A stretch of 63,271 nt of DNA, the filler included, from Octopus bimaculoides (lineage: Eukaryota), in NCBI RefSeq assembly GCF_001194135.2. It is 9 parts of 8 records of this genome, joined end to end, with 100 filler letters (N's around TTAATTAATTAA, not from the genome) between each part and the next. Parts side by side here need not be neighbours in the genome. Positions count along the whole stretch, not along the records: positions 36,494 to 39,628 come from NC_068982.1; positions 39,729 to 51,148 come from NC_068994.1; 7 more parts are not named here. One strand, 5' to 3'. This document shows positions 37,834-50,161 of the stretch, piece by piece. The first letter of the stretch is position 1. Each line of letters starts with the position of its first letter. A program made the translations under genes and the position numbers. The notes beneath the pieces are model-generated. The model was given only the letters and a program-made list of their open reading frames with translations, ran no database searches and was not told where the DNA came from.

Positions 37834-39321
37834 NNNNNNNNNNNNNNNNNNNNNNNNNNNNNNNNNNNNNNNNNNNNNNNNNNNNNNNNNNNNNNNNNNN
37901 NNNNNNNNNNNNNNNNNNNNNNNNNNNNNNNNNNNNNNNNNNNNNNNNNNNNNNNNNNNNNNNNNNNNNNNNNNNNNNNNNNNNNNNNNNNNNNNNNNNN
38001 NNNNNNNNNNNNNNNNNNNNNNNNNNNNNNNNNNNNNNNNNNNNNNNNNNNNNNNNNNNNNNNNNNNNNNNNNNNNNNNNNNNNNNNNNNNNNNNNNNNN
38101 NNNNNNNNNNNNNNNNNNNNNNNNNNNNNNNNNNNNNNNNNNNNNNNNNNNNNNNNNNNNNNNNNNNNNNNNNNNNNNNNNNNNNNNNNNNNNNNNNNNN
38201 NNNNNNNNNNNNNNNNNNNNNNNNNNNNNNNNNNNNNNNNNNNNNNNNNNNNNNNNNNNNNNNNNNNNNNNNNNNNNNNNNNNNNNNNNNNNNNNNNNNN
38301 NNNNNNNNNNNNNNNNNNNNNNNNNNNNNNNNNNNNNNNNNNNNNNNNNNNNNNNNNNNNNNNNNNNNNNNNNNNNNNNNNNNNNNNNNNNNNNNNNACA
38401 GCTACTGCTACACTTATTGCTGATTGATATAATCTAATTATGCTACTATTTGTTTTATCTGTTCTAGAATGAAGGAAATTAACTTTACCTTAGTGATATT
38501 TGAACTCAGAACACTGATATACCAATTTAGTTCCAATAAAACATTCAGCTTCCATCTGTGTTTACCCTTTATCTCATAATAAATAATAGCAAACTTTTTG
38601 CAACAAACTTTTCATTTTAAAATCTGTTTTGTAAAACATACCTCTCTTTATCTGGTAAGGGACCACCCATGTCATTTTCATCGAAATTGTTGTATAATGG
38701 ATTAATCCTGAAAAATATTTATATAAAACACAAATAAATTTTTTGAAAAAAAAAGTCCATGACTTATTGATAAACTAATATGTTTTTTCAGAGTTTTACT
38801 TCACAAGAAATATACAAAAAAAAATTTCTGAGAAAATTATGGAATAATACATTTGTTTATGCTACATGAATACTTTGCAAATTGTACTTTATTTCCTTGC
38901 TACAGTCCAAAGAAACTGATGTTACTCGGAGTTCAATACAACTACAGTGATTGCTGTCTCTGGCACAAAGCTACGAATATGTAGTGGAGGGAACTCAGAT
39001 TGTAGTCATGGAAGATATACAACAAAGCATTTTGTCTGATGCTTCAACAATTCTACTGACCCTTAATAACAAGTTTCTAATTTGGTTCAAGGTAAGAAAA
39101 TTCAGGGATAGGGCAAGTGACTTAAAACAATACCAGTACATGACTGGTACTTTATCTTATCAATTCTGGACTGAGGAAATGTAAAGATTGATTGTTGTCA
39201 TAGTTATGGAACCAATTATAACCTACATGTAATTAAATAATCAAACATTTATAAAAAATAATAGGAGTTAGAAAGGAGAGAGAAGGAGGAAAAGGGGAGC
39301 AAGAGAGAAAGAAAAACATAC

Positions 39322-39379
39322 TGTCCATCTGAATACAAATTGGTTCCAGGGTATGCATCTTCAGGTGTTTCATCTGGTG
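39322..39379 (-). CDS. Candidate internal coding exon (58 nt) of an unidentified gene
   Basis: Minus strand TTTATATCATTGCAG|CACCAGATG...GATGGACA|GTATGT; two open frames (PDETPEDAYPGTNLYSDG or HQMKHLKMHTLEPICIQMD); unique, CpG-poor context. Confidence 0.5.
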
Positions 39380-39588
39380 CTGCAATGATATAAATATTAA
39401 ATAATGACCAAAGTTTTCTTTGACAGATAAATTCCTTTCATGCACTGAATACAAAGACAAATACAGTTTAGAATACACAAATTAAACTACGAAGAAAAAA
39501 ACAATACTGGACATGAAATGACGATCAGTTCAACAATCACAGCATGGCCACAACTCATGAGCTGAAACTAGTTGAATTCAATTGAAAA

Positions 39589-39628
<40 letters not shown>

Positions 39629-39744
39629 NNNNNNNNNNNNNNNNNNNNNNNNNNNNNNNNNNNNNNNNNNNNTTAATTAATTAANNNNNNNNNNNNNNNN
39701 NNNNNNNNNNNNNNNNNNNNNNNNNNNNCCGCATTTCCCTCGTC

Positions 39745-39965
39745 AGTGACTCTTTTTTACTCTAGGCAAAAGGCTCGAAATGTTTAGGGAGATGGCCAGT
39801 CAATTAGATCGACCCCAGTATGCAATTTGTAGTTAATTTATCGACCCCCGAAAGGATGAAAAGCGAAGTCGACCTCGGCGGAATTTGAACTCAGAACGTA
39901 AAGACAGACGAAATACCGCTAAGCATTTCGTCCGACGTGCTAATGTTTCTACCAGCTCGCTACCA
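39745..39965 (-). mobile_element. SINE family B
   Basis: Reverse complement of the 21025 type. Confidence 0.85.
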
Positions 39966-40221
39966 TTCGTTTATAGTTATATTATAAGAGTTACTTGATT
40001 GGTTGATTTCTCTAGTTCCGTTTCGCATCTTGGGATGGGAAGAGAGAGAGGGGGGTGTAAAGCGAGACACAGAAGCAGTTAACGAAATAGGTGCGGATGA
40101 GAGTTTTATAACTGCCTCAAAGATTACATTTTTGAAAGTAAAATTTGCCGAAATAGGTTTTCAACTGAACAGATTGCGGTTATCTTCTTCTGACCTTTTA
40201 TTGTTTCAGTAATTAGACTGC

Positions 40222-40320
40222 GTGGCACCTTGGGCAAGTGTCCTCTTGTATAACCCCGGGCCGATGAAAACCTATTGACCAGATTTGCTTGACTGGAACT
40301 GAAAGAAGTCCATCGTAAAT
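40222..40320 (+). mobile_element. SINE family A, internal fragment
   Basis: CTGCGTGGCACCTTGGGCAAGTGTC...GGAACTGAAAGAAG. Confidence 0.75.
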
Positions 40321-40327
40321 ATATTTT

Positions 40328-40362
<35 letters not shown>

Positions 40363-40792
40363 ATACGTCACTTTAGCGACGACTATATTTGTTACTTTTC
40401 GTTTGTAAATTGCGAATAGCCACTTTAATGATTTATAATTCTCGCTTCACCATTTTCGGAACCAATCAATGTTTCTCATGGTGTTCTCTATAAGACTGAC
40501 AAGGCGATGAGTTCTTTAACCCTCGGCAACGGAGTAATGGTTCACTGACGAAAGTTAATCAAATCTGAATCTGAAATCAGCGCTGATATGACTGCATCTC
40601 GTTGGCCGTAGGGAGCTTGTCTCCCTTGTCAATCTAGGGAAAAGTGCTCTCATGTGGATAAAAATTGTTTTGACTCTTGTTTCTAGCAATGCTGGTGGCT
40701 ATCTAGCACCCTCAATCACTTTAGCGACGACTGTAATTGTTGCCTTTCGGTTGTAAATTGCGAATAGCCACCTTGATAATTTATGTATATAA

Positions 40793-40842
<50 letters not shown>

Positions 40843-40843
40843 G

Positions 40844-40875
<32 letters not shown>

Positions 40876-41224
40876 NNNNNNNNNNNNNNNNNNNNNNNNN
40901 NNNNNNNNNNNNNNNNNNNNNNNNNNNNNNNNNNNNNNNNNNNNNNNNNNNNNNNNNNNNNNNNNNNNNNNNNNNNNNNNNNNNNNNNNNNNNNNNNNNN
41001 NNNNNNNNNNNNNNNNNNNNNNNNNNNNNNNNNNNNNNNNNNNNNNNNNNNNNNNNNNNNNNNNNNNNNNNNNNNNNNNNNNNNNNNNNNNNNNNNNNNN
41101 NNNNNNNNNNNNNNNNNNNNNNNNNNNNNNNNNNNNNNNNNNNNNNNNNNNNNNNNNNNNNNNNNNNNNNNNNNNNNNNNNNNNNNNNNNNNNNNNNNNN
41201 NNNNNNNNNNNNNNNNNNNNNNNN

Positions 41225-41307
<83 letters not shown>

Positions 41308-41848
41308 ATATATGAATGTGTGTGTGTATGTGCGTGTATGTGTTCGCCTAACTCCACAGCTTGACAACCGGTGCTCTAGCATGGCCGCAGTCTAATGAAT
41401 AAGACGGATAAAAGAAAATATATAAATAGATATGGTTAGACTTCAGCAATATATATTCTGTGGATCGCTAACAGCTTATTAAGCATATAGCGTTAATCCA
41501 ATGCATAAGTTATCCGATAATAACCTGCAATAAGACACACGAATTCTCCGGATTAATTCGCCTGGAAAGACAGCAATGAACGAAGCGAAAGCATGCGTTT
41601 TAAACATCACTATAGTGTTTACAGAATAATCCCGTAAGGGGAGGAAACTCTTGTACGCCTAATTTGTAATATTGGTCGTATCAGACCCGCTTCTCATTTG
41701 TCAGCAAATATTTTAGCGTAGATTTTACTGTTGTTAAAATTCTGATTGTAATCCTCTTTTATCGGAACCGAAAATGATACGGTCACAGATATATTGGTAA
41801 GAGTAATTATAGAAAGAATCTTTATAATTATAAAATTCATAACTGAGA

Positions 41849-41896
<48 letters not shown>

Positions 41897-42009
41897 CTGT
41901 AGCAGTAGTAACAGTAGTAATACTAAGAATAATAATCGCAAAATAAATAAATAAATTAATTAATTAATAATAATAATAATAATAATAATTATTATTATTA
42001 TTATTATTA

Positions 42010-42203
42010 TAATCCTTTCTTCTATTGACACGAGGCCTGAAATTTTGGACTAGTCGATTATATCGACCCCAGTGTTTCACTGATGCTTAATTTATCGACC
42101 CCGAAAGGATGAAAGACAAAGTCGACCTCAGAACATAAAGACAGACGAAGTACCACTGTACATTTTGCCCAGTGTGCTAACGATTCTGCCAGCTCGCCAC
42201 CTT
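42010..42203 (-). mobile_element. SINE family B (tail variant 2) next to TAA/ATT arrays
   Basis: AATCCTTTC...AAAGGATGAAAGACAAAGTCGACC...CCAGCTCGCC. Confidence 0.8.
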
Positions 42204-42233
42204 AATAATAATAATAATAACAACAATAATAAC

Positions 42234-42287
<54 letters not shown>

Positions 42288-42300
42288 CCTTTCTACTAGG

Positions 42301-42353
<53 letters not shown>

Positions 42354-42574
42354 GGAATTTCATTGTAGATGCAAGACAAATATTAATTTCAATTACGATA
42401 TTGATCATAAGATTTTGACAGTAGCGGTAACAGTAAAAATACAAAAGAAAATGTATATTGAAACGATATAGTTGTTGATTATAAATAAATAATCATTATG
42501 ATTTACATCATAATAATTAATCTTAGTGAAAAGATGTGGAATGGCAAACGATGACGATGACGACGACGACTATT

Positions 42575-42622
<48 letters not shown>

Positions 42623-43024
42623 GCGACGATGGTGATAATGAAGATGATGATGATGATGACAACGGTAGAAATGATGGATGATCATTGTAAATCATATAAA
42701 AAAAAAACATATTTAAAGATGAAAAGATTGTATTATTAATTACAGTAACTAAGAGATTCTTTATTATTGGTGGCAGAAATGGGAAAAATCTTGATAAAAG
42801 ATGAAAATGGTAACCATACTAAGACGTAATATTCATCGCCACATCAATATGGCTTCTTCGACGTTTCTACCGCTTTTGACACCTGGCAGATCCTCTGCCA
42901 CCTGGTTACCGGTGCAACCTGCACCCTGCATATATTGCAAGCAAGGGAGCGAACCCCTACCATCCTCCAGCAGACGGTGGGATCATGTGACCGAACGGTT
43001 TCGGGCTCGATGTGTATGCATGTA

Positions 43025-43140
43025 TTCTTCTTCTTCTTCTTCTTCTTCTTCTTCTTCTTCTTCTTCTTCTTCTTCTTCTTCTTCTTCTTCTTCTTCTTCT
43101 TCTTCTTCTTCTTCTCCTCCTCCTCCTCCTCCTCCTCTCT
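43025..43140. repeat. (TTC)n(CTC)n microsatellite
   Basis: Directly visible. Confidence 0.95.
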
Positions 43141-43547
43141 ATTCTACCCACACGATCTCTATACTAATCATTCATTCCCTAACCGCACTTTTATTCATTG
43201 TTTTTGTTTCCTCCCGACATAAGCCAAAAAAGCAATGTCTGGAAGACGCACAATGTGACAGCACACTTTTGATGCTTGTCTCATGAAGTACCACTCGAAT
43301 GTCTAAAACCGTAAAGATGACGTAAATTTTCACTTCGAGTTTTTGCTAAAAAGGCGTAAACTGAGTTGGTACAGAAACAATTGTAATGAATCATTAAAAA
43401 TGTATTTAAGAATTTCTTTGTCTTCTTATCATTTGGATTATAAACTAGGATTTTCTACACTTGAAGAATGTCGGCACTCGTCTGGAACTCGACAGTGTTG
43501 ATGGCCAAGAATTCGGGTTGAATGATTCTCTGGAAGGTATGTATGTA

Positions 43548-43899
43548 TCTCTTTTATACTCTTTTACTTGTTTCAGTCATTTGGCTGCGGCCATGCTGGA
43601 GCACCGCCTTTAGTCGAGCAAATCGACCCCAGGACTTATTCTTTGTAAGCCTAGTACTTATTCTATCGGTCTTTTTGCCGAACCGCTAGGTTACGGGGAC
43701 GTAAACACACCACCATCGGTTGTCGAGCGATGGTGGTGGGGATAAACACAGACACACAAGCATGTACACACACACATACATATATATATACATATATATG
43801 ACGGACTTCCTTCAGTTTCCGTCTACCAAATTCTCTCACAAGGCTGTGGTCGGCCCGAGGCTTTAGTAGAAGACACTTGCCCAAGGTGCCACGTAGTGG
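43548..43899 (-). mobile_element. SINE family A, lacking the 5' part of the head
   Basis: Colinear with 26341-26690. Confidence 0.9.
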
Positions 43900-44213
43900 A
43901 GAAGGGTATACATTTCAGAGACATATCATAATTTAATTACTTCCAAAAGTTCTTTCTTGAGAAATAAGCAAACGTTTATTCTATAATTACGTAATTAAAA
44001 TACATAATTAATTAAGACTAATTTCAATTAAATTGATTTAAAACGATGCTCTTCTAAATCATCGGGATTACTAGCTGCTATGCCAGTACGGCAATTTTAT
44101 AGCGTGTTGGTTTTAATTAAGCTTTTAATTGCCGTGGTTATAAATATTTTTATGATGTTTAATGCATCATTTCTTTCCCCCGCCTCTCTCTCTGTAAAGA
44201 TATATAAATATAT

Positions 44214-44317
<104 letters not shown>

Positions 44318-44394
44318 TGTGTGTGATAGAGAGAGAGGCATACACGCACATACACATACATATATACATAGATCAATGTATATGTTTATCTTAT

Positions 44395-44590
44395 AGACTG
44401 TAGCTGTGCTGGAGAATCGCCTTCAAGAATTTTTAGTCGACCGAATCAATCCCGGTACTTATTTTTAAAAAAAATCAGGTCCTGATTCTCTCAGTCTATT
44501 TTAGCAAACCGCTAGGTTACGCAGACGTAAGCTCACCAACACTGGTTTTCAAGCGTTGTCAGAGAACAAGCACTAACACAAAGACACACA

Positions 44591-44637
<47 letters not shown>

Positions 44638-44659
44638 ATGTCTATCTATCTATCTGTGT

Positions 44660-44707
<48 letters not shown>

Positions 44708-44815
44708 GTACGACAGTTTTTAGGTTTCATCAACCAAATCCACTCGCAGGGCTTTGGTCGGCCTGAGGTTATAGTAGAAGACACTTACCCAAGATGCTAC
44801 ACAGTGGGTCTGAAC
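44395..44815 (-). mobile_element. SINE family A, old copy with expanded internal (ATCT)n/(AC)n
   Basis: Body homology on both sides of the microsatellite. Confidence 0.75.
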
Positions 44816-44974
44816 TGTATAAAGAACCATAGATAAGATGTGAAATTAAATTTTTTTTGTATATATTGGACTAAAATTATAAAATTAAACTTATATATCT
44901 AATATCATTTAAAGGACACATAATATCACACGCACACACACCTAAATATATAGTGGGCCTCCAGAGCGTTTGCG

Positions 44975-45115
44975 TATATCAAATTCATTCACAAAGCATT
45001 GGTCAATCCGAGGCTATACAGAAGACGCTTGTCCACAGTGCTCTTAAGTGGGACTGAACCCGAAACCACTTGATTACGAAGCAAACTTCTTAACCACACA
45101 ACCACGCCTGAGCCT
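44975..45115 (-). mobile_element. SINE family A, 5' half
   Basis: GTGGGACTGAACCCGAAACC...CACGCCT. Confidence 0.75.
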
Positions 45116-45872
45116 AATTTTCAATAAATTTGAAATATTTCCGACATTTTGTTCTTCTTTTTTCCTTTTAGAATTCTTGCTTGAAATAGCCCATAAATCA
45201 TTCAGCTTATTCTGAAGGGCGGTACGAAAATGAAAATATGGTTATGGCATTGGTTTTGCAGAAAAAATAGATGAGCTCAGAAATTAGTTTATTGCTTCTT
45301 CTGAAATTCTAGAAATTGGTAAATGCATTTTGCCATTAATGGTTAATATGGTTCTTCTGAATGACCGAATAGACAACATAATCGTTGCTGATTAGGAAAA
45401 AGGGAAAGGTTGCTCTCGTCGTAATCGTTGTTTATCCCTAAGGGAGCTTTCATCTAACTGAACCTATGATTCAATCAACACAGTTTATCTCAGACTAAAT
45501 GGCACAATATACTCTACTTTCTTTCTTTTTTTAAGACGATAGAATCTCACTTTGGGATTTGGTTTCAATTTTTCTTGCAAGATGAGCGACACGGGGAAAT
45601 TCATTCATTAACTCTAAGAAATTAGGTTAAATCATAAAACTTCAAGATGTCAGGTTGCTTCGAATAAAGACCCACTAATAATATGTAACACTTCGCCTTT
45701 AGTGGATCAGAAAATTAAATATGTTTCATTATAATATATTCTCATATTTCCATTTATTATTTCGCTTACAAGTCTGTTGAGATCCATTTGTCGATACCCA
45801 GACGGAAGCTTTGTAAAGTAATACTTCCAGTAAAAAAGTTTGAGCAAAAAATGAGTTCCTCAGAAAGAAATG

Positions 45873-47060
45873 TTATCCTGATGTCTGGTGACAACAAATC
45901 TCCTTAAATCTCAAAAATCTTTCTTGGGATTTTTGAAGAATACAGTATTGCACTTTCTTGAGGTCGAAAATGCGAGTTTCAATCCCAATGTTCTCCTGCT
46001 TCTTAGGTAGCAGTTTAGGTATTGTACCAATTACCCTAGACCTAACCCTAACCCTAATTTCCATAGGAATAATTATCGTCTATGTCTTCCACAGCCTCTT
46101 CAACTCTCTCGCTAGGTCCTGATGTTTATCAATGTTTTCGATTTTTTTGTTTTGGTATCCACTCTGTTAACATATGGTATTGCAAAGTCTAAGATCCGAC
46201 ACTGCTTTTGCCATCTATAATTATATCTGGTCTTCTTGCTTCAAAAGTATGGTTAGTCGTTACAGGGAAATCCCATAGTATCATGCAATTATTATTCGCT
46301 ATTACAACCTCTGGCTCGTGTTCAAACTACTTTTCTATCCCTTCGAATTCACTCGGCTAACACCCTGATATACTCTTTTACTGACATAATCAAGCTTGCG
46401 CTTATACTCTTTTTGCAGAGGAAATGGTTTATACTTTCGTCCTCTTTTTCACAGATTCTGCTTTTGCTCTTGATTCATGTTCTATCAATTTCTTTCTGAT
46501 AGCTTCTTCACGGGTGGGTATAATCATTATTTCAGTTTCTCGATCCTGGTTTCCATCAGTGTTTTCCCAACATTCTTGGTTTGTTGCATGAATTGGTCAG
46601 GTAAACTCCTTCACGCTTTTAACTATTTGTCCAGTCGTTCTTCTTTCTGTCCTTGAATTTTCTTACTGTTTCATGGATATTTCTTATGGTAGACAATATT
46701 TTTTCTTCACTATGCACATAGATTTTCAAACTTGATATTGCAGTGATGGTGGTGTTTTATGCATTTAACAAACCTGCTTTCTTCCGTTCTTCGTAAGTAG
46801 TGCCTATTGATTTTATTATTAGGATGTTCATAGTGTATTGTGGTTAGCATCCTAGTTCTAACTTCTGTAGCCCTGTCTTTCTTCACTTTAGAAAAGAAGC
46901 AGAGTATCTCATCATTAGCACCATCCAAGTATTGATTGCCCTGAAGACATTTCCTCTATTTAGTTTTCTTTCGAGTTCCACCCTAATCCTCTAGTGTTCT
47001 TTCTCATCCATATTAATATTCCATTTTCTGTGCAGCCTTTAACATAATACATCTTTAAAA
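45873..47060 (-). pseudogene. R4/Dong-type non-LTR retrotransposon 3' part (post-RT region, CCHC knuckle, REL endonuclease)
   Basis: Frameshifted translation: KLNRGNVFRAINTW; RICEKEDESINH; HEPEVVI..NCMILWDFP..HTFEARRPDI; ILDFAIPY; DKHQDLARELKRLWK; GTIPKLLPK..IGIETRI. Confidence 0.9.
46034..46057 (-). repeat. Interstitial telomere-type tract (TTAGGG)2TTAGGTCTAGGG inside the R4 ORF
   Basis: CCCTAGACCTAACCCTAACCCTAA interrupts IIP..GTIPK. Confidence 0.75.
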
Positions 47061-47424
47061 CATTTTTCCCTTTCGAAAAGTTGCAGGCTCTGGTTTTTTC
47101 AATTACAAACATACGTCAAGTATGTTATATTGTCAAAACTTTTACTACAGAGATGCTTTTGTTGTATAATTCCAATTTCATTCTACTTATGCAGCACCTT
47201 TGCCAATCAGAGTATAGTTTCTACATATCTCTTTATATTCGAGACTAAGTGGTTCGATGTCATTTCAGAAGTGACAAGAGTACGTTGCAATGAGAAACCG
47301 CAACAACGGCAAAATACGTACTTGTATCTCTCGCAGACACTTCTGGATCGATTTCGTTTCGCCTAGCCCTGAAGTATATTCTGTGAGGATTTGGGCAACT
47401 ATATCATGTATGTATGTATTTCTG

Positions 47425-47625
47425 CTTCTGTGTTTATTTCCCTACCATCGCTTGACAACCGATGTTGGTGTGTCTTTGTCTCGGTAACTTAGCGGTTCTG
47501 CAAAATACCCAGATAGATTAAATACTAAGCTTTCAAAGAATAAGTCCCGGGTCAATTTGTTCGACTAAAGGCGGCGCTCCAGCATGGCCGCAGTCAAATG
47601 ACTGAAATAAATAAAAGAATCAAAG
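47425..47625 (+). mobile_element. SINE family A, 3' half
   Basis: CATCGCTTGACAACCGATG...GAAATAAATAAAAGAAT. Confidence 0.85.
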
Positions 47626-47680
47626 AATATATATATTATATNNNNNNNNNNTATATATATATATATAACTATATATATGA

Positions 47681-47717
<37 letters not shown>

Positions 47718-48214
47718 TTATTTTGCTATGACTGCCGAAGTCTTTAGTTGCACACCTGGGATTTGTCTACTGATCAGTGTAATATTCATTCACTCAATTT
47801 ACAAATGGTATATTCTTAACATATTGATATATTGGATTTTGGTTATAATAGAGCTCTTATAATAAATCAAAACCTTTTCACAAACACATGCAAATACATA
47901 CATACACTCATACATATTTTCAATTCAAACAGGCAATATATATATATATTTATAATGATTCTTGTTTTTATGTTCCTTTTTCACCATATCATCTCTAATA
48001 AATCATCGACATCATTTTATCATCATCTTTCTCATCATCATCCTCGTCATCGTCGTCATCATCATCATCCTCATCATCATCATCGTTGTCGTCGTCGTCG
48101 TCATCATCATCATCATCATCATCAGTATTCGTGAGTTTCGAAGCTCAGACAGTTGTTTTAACGATCGTGAATACATAGGAGAATGCCAGATATTGGAAAC
48201 GTTTGAGTTAAGTT

Positions 48215-48238
48215 AATAATAATAATAATAATAATAAA

Positions 48239-48303
<65 letters not shown>

Positions 48304-48329
48304 ATAGTAATAATAATAATAATAATAAA

Positions 48330-48379
<50 letters not shown>

Positions 48380-48398
48380 ATANNNNNNNNNNGTAGTA

Positions 48399-48484
<86 letters not shown>

Positions 48485-48495
48485 TAGTAGTAGTA

Positions 48496-48535
<40 letters not shown>

Positions 48536-48560
48536 TGATGATGATGATGATAATAATAAT
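48215..48560. repeat. Compound (TAA)n/(TAG)n/(GAT)n microsatellite with 10-N gap
   Basis: Directly visible. Confidence 0.95.
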
Positions 48561-49316
48561 TGACACTTAGTTAAAGAGAAAGGATTTGGGACAGTAATAG
48601 AAGAGTTGAAACCGCGTATCGTAGCAGTAGCAAGCAAGCTCTCCAAATATCAGAAAAGAATAGATCAGTATCAACAGAATAGATTATTTGAGACAGACCA
48701 GAGGAGATTTTATAACCGAATAAAGAGGAGAGAAAGAAGTACTGAAGATGAGAAACCTAATGCAGAAGAAGCTAAAAAGTTCTGGAGTAATATTTGGGGT
48801 AAGCCAGTCAATGATAATGGAGATTAAGTATGGTTAAAGGAAGTGAAGGAAGAAGTATTGAGTGAGAAGACGTGCATTAATGAGTAAAGTGTTAGGAAAA
48901 ATGCCGAATTGGAAGGGCCCGGGACCAGATTTATTTGAAGGGTACTGGCTTAAGAAATTAATTTAGTAGTTTACATGGGAAGCCGTGGGAACAACTTCAA
49001 GATTGCCTTAATTGGGGAATAATACCAGATTGGATGACTAGAAGGAGGATATCATGAAAAATAAGAGCAAGGGTAATACAGCTATAGTCCAATCACTTGT
49101 TTACCATTAGTGTGGAAACTGTTAACAGGAATGCTTTCAGAAAGCATTTACGAGCACCTTGACAACCAGAATTTATTGCTGGAAGAACAGAAAGGTTGCA
49201 GGAAGAAGGCTAAAGGAACACATAATCTATTATACATAGACAAAGTAGTTCTAAATGAAGTAAAAGGTAGAAAGAAAAATCTAACAATAACATGGATTGA
49301 TTATAGGAAAATGAAA
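48561..49316 (+). pseudogene. R4/Dong-type reverse transcriptase N-terminal fragment
   Basis: Translation: QYQQNRLFETDQRRFY; FWSNIW; MPNWKGPGPD..GYWLK; PITCLPLVWKLLTG; LLLEEQKGCRKKAKGT..LYIDK; WIDYRK. Confidence 0.92.
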
Positions 49317-49578
49317 CCCACCGCTTTCAAAAATTAAGTAAAAAGAAAACAAAAAACAGGAAAATATCCAGAATACATAGTTATATCAGTGTGGCTTGCT
49401 ATAAATTTAATTAAGCACGTTTCTCATGAATATGTCGTTGATATTCTATAATATAATTTATTATACTAAATTATACTAAATTATACTAAATTAGAGGTAA
49501 AACGTGTTGATTTTATAGTAGTTGTAGCTTTAGTAATTTTAGGTTTTTGTATAAGATTTTTATCAATTGTATATATTG

Positions 49579-49615
<37 letters not shown>

Positions 49616-49674
49616 ACACACACATACACACACACACATACACACACATACATATGTACATACATATATATCTT

Positions 49675-49850
49675 GTATTTCCTTTTATTTGTTTCAGTCG
49701 AACTAATCGACCCCAAGATTTATTCTTTGTAAGCCTAATACTTATTCAATCAGTGTCTTTTGCCGAACTGCTAAGTTACGGGGACGTAGACACACAAACA
49801 TCGGTTGTCAAGTGATGATGGGGACAAACACAGACACACAAACATATATA
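49675..49850 (-). mobile_element. SINE family A, 3' half
   Basis: TTGTTTCAGTCGAACTAATCGACCCCAAG... Confidence 0.8.
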
Positions 49851-50059
49851 TAAGATTATAGGGGGTCAACGCAACAAAAGAGTAAATTGGAGATCTACAA
49901 TAGTATTTTAAAGGCCCTTGAAAAAAATTTTGTTTTAGATGTGTGTATTGGTATATATTGCAAGAAACAACTAGGTTTCTTTCTCTGACATTTTACATAG
50001 TTCAACCTACACAAGTGAATATGTGAAAAGCAAAATAGGGAATTTTTGAAGAAGCTTGT

Positions 50060-50161
50060 ATAAAACTAGTTTTTGAACACCGAATGACTATGGAAGGCCC
50101 ACCAGAATAAAATGCCAATCAAAGGGGTCCATATATAAAGAAAAAGTGGTTGAGAACCCTG
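50060..50161 (-). mobile_element. hAT-type MITE end
   Basis: GTGGTTGAGAACCCTG; inverse homology to 26147-26220. Confidence 0.5.

Noticed and set aside
38951-39184. 77-aa ORF with an AAG|GTAAGA donor-like site
   Set aside because: The donor-like site lies in a decayed SINE B tail, and there is no coherent acceptor or frame.
42989-43003. Minus-strand GAAAC-CG-UU-CG-GUC, a hammerhead right half with a GUC site
   Set aside because: No CUGANGA or stem II upstream (replaced by the AAG microsatellite), so it cannot be supported.
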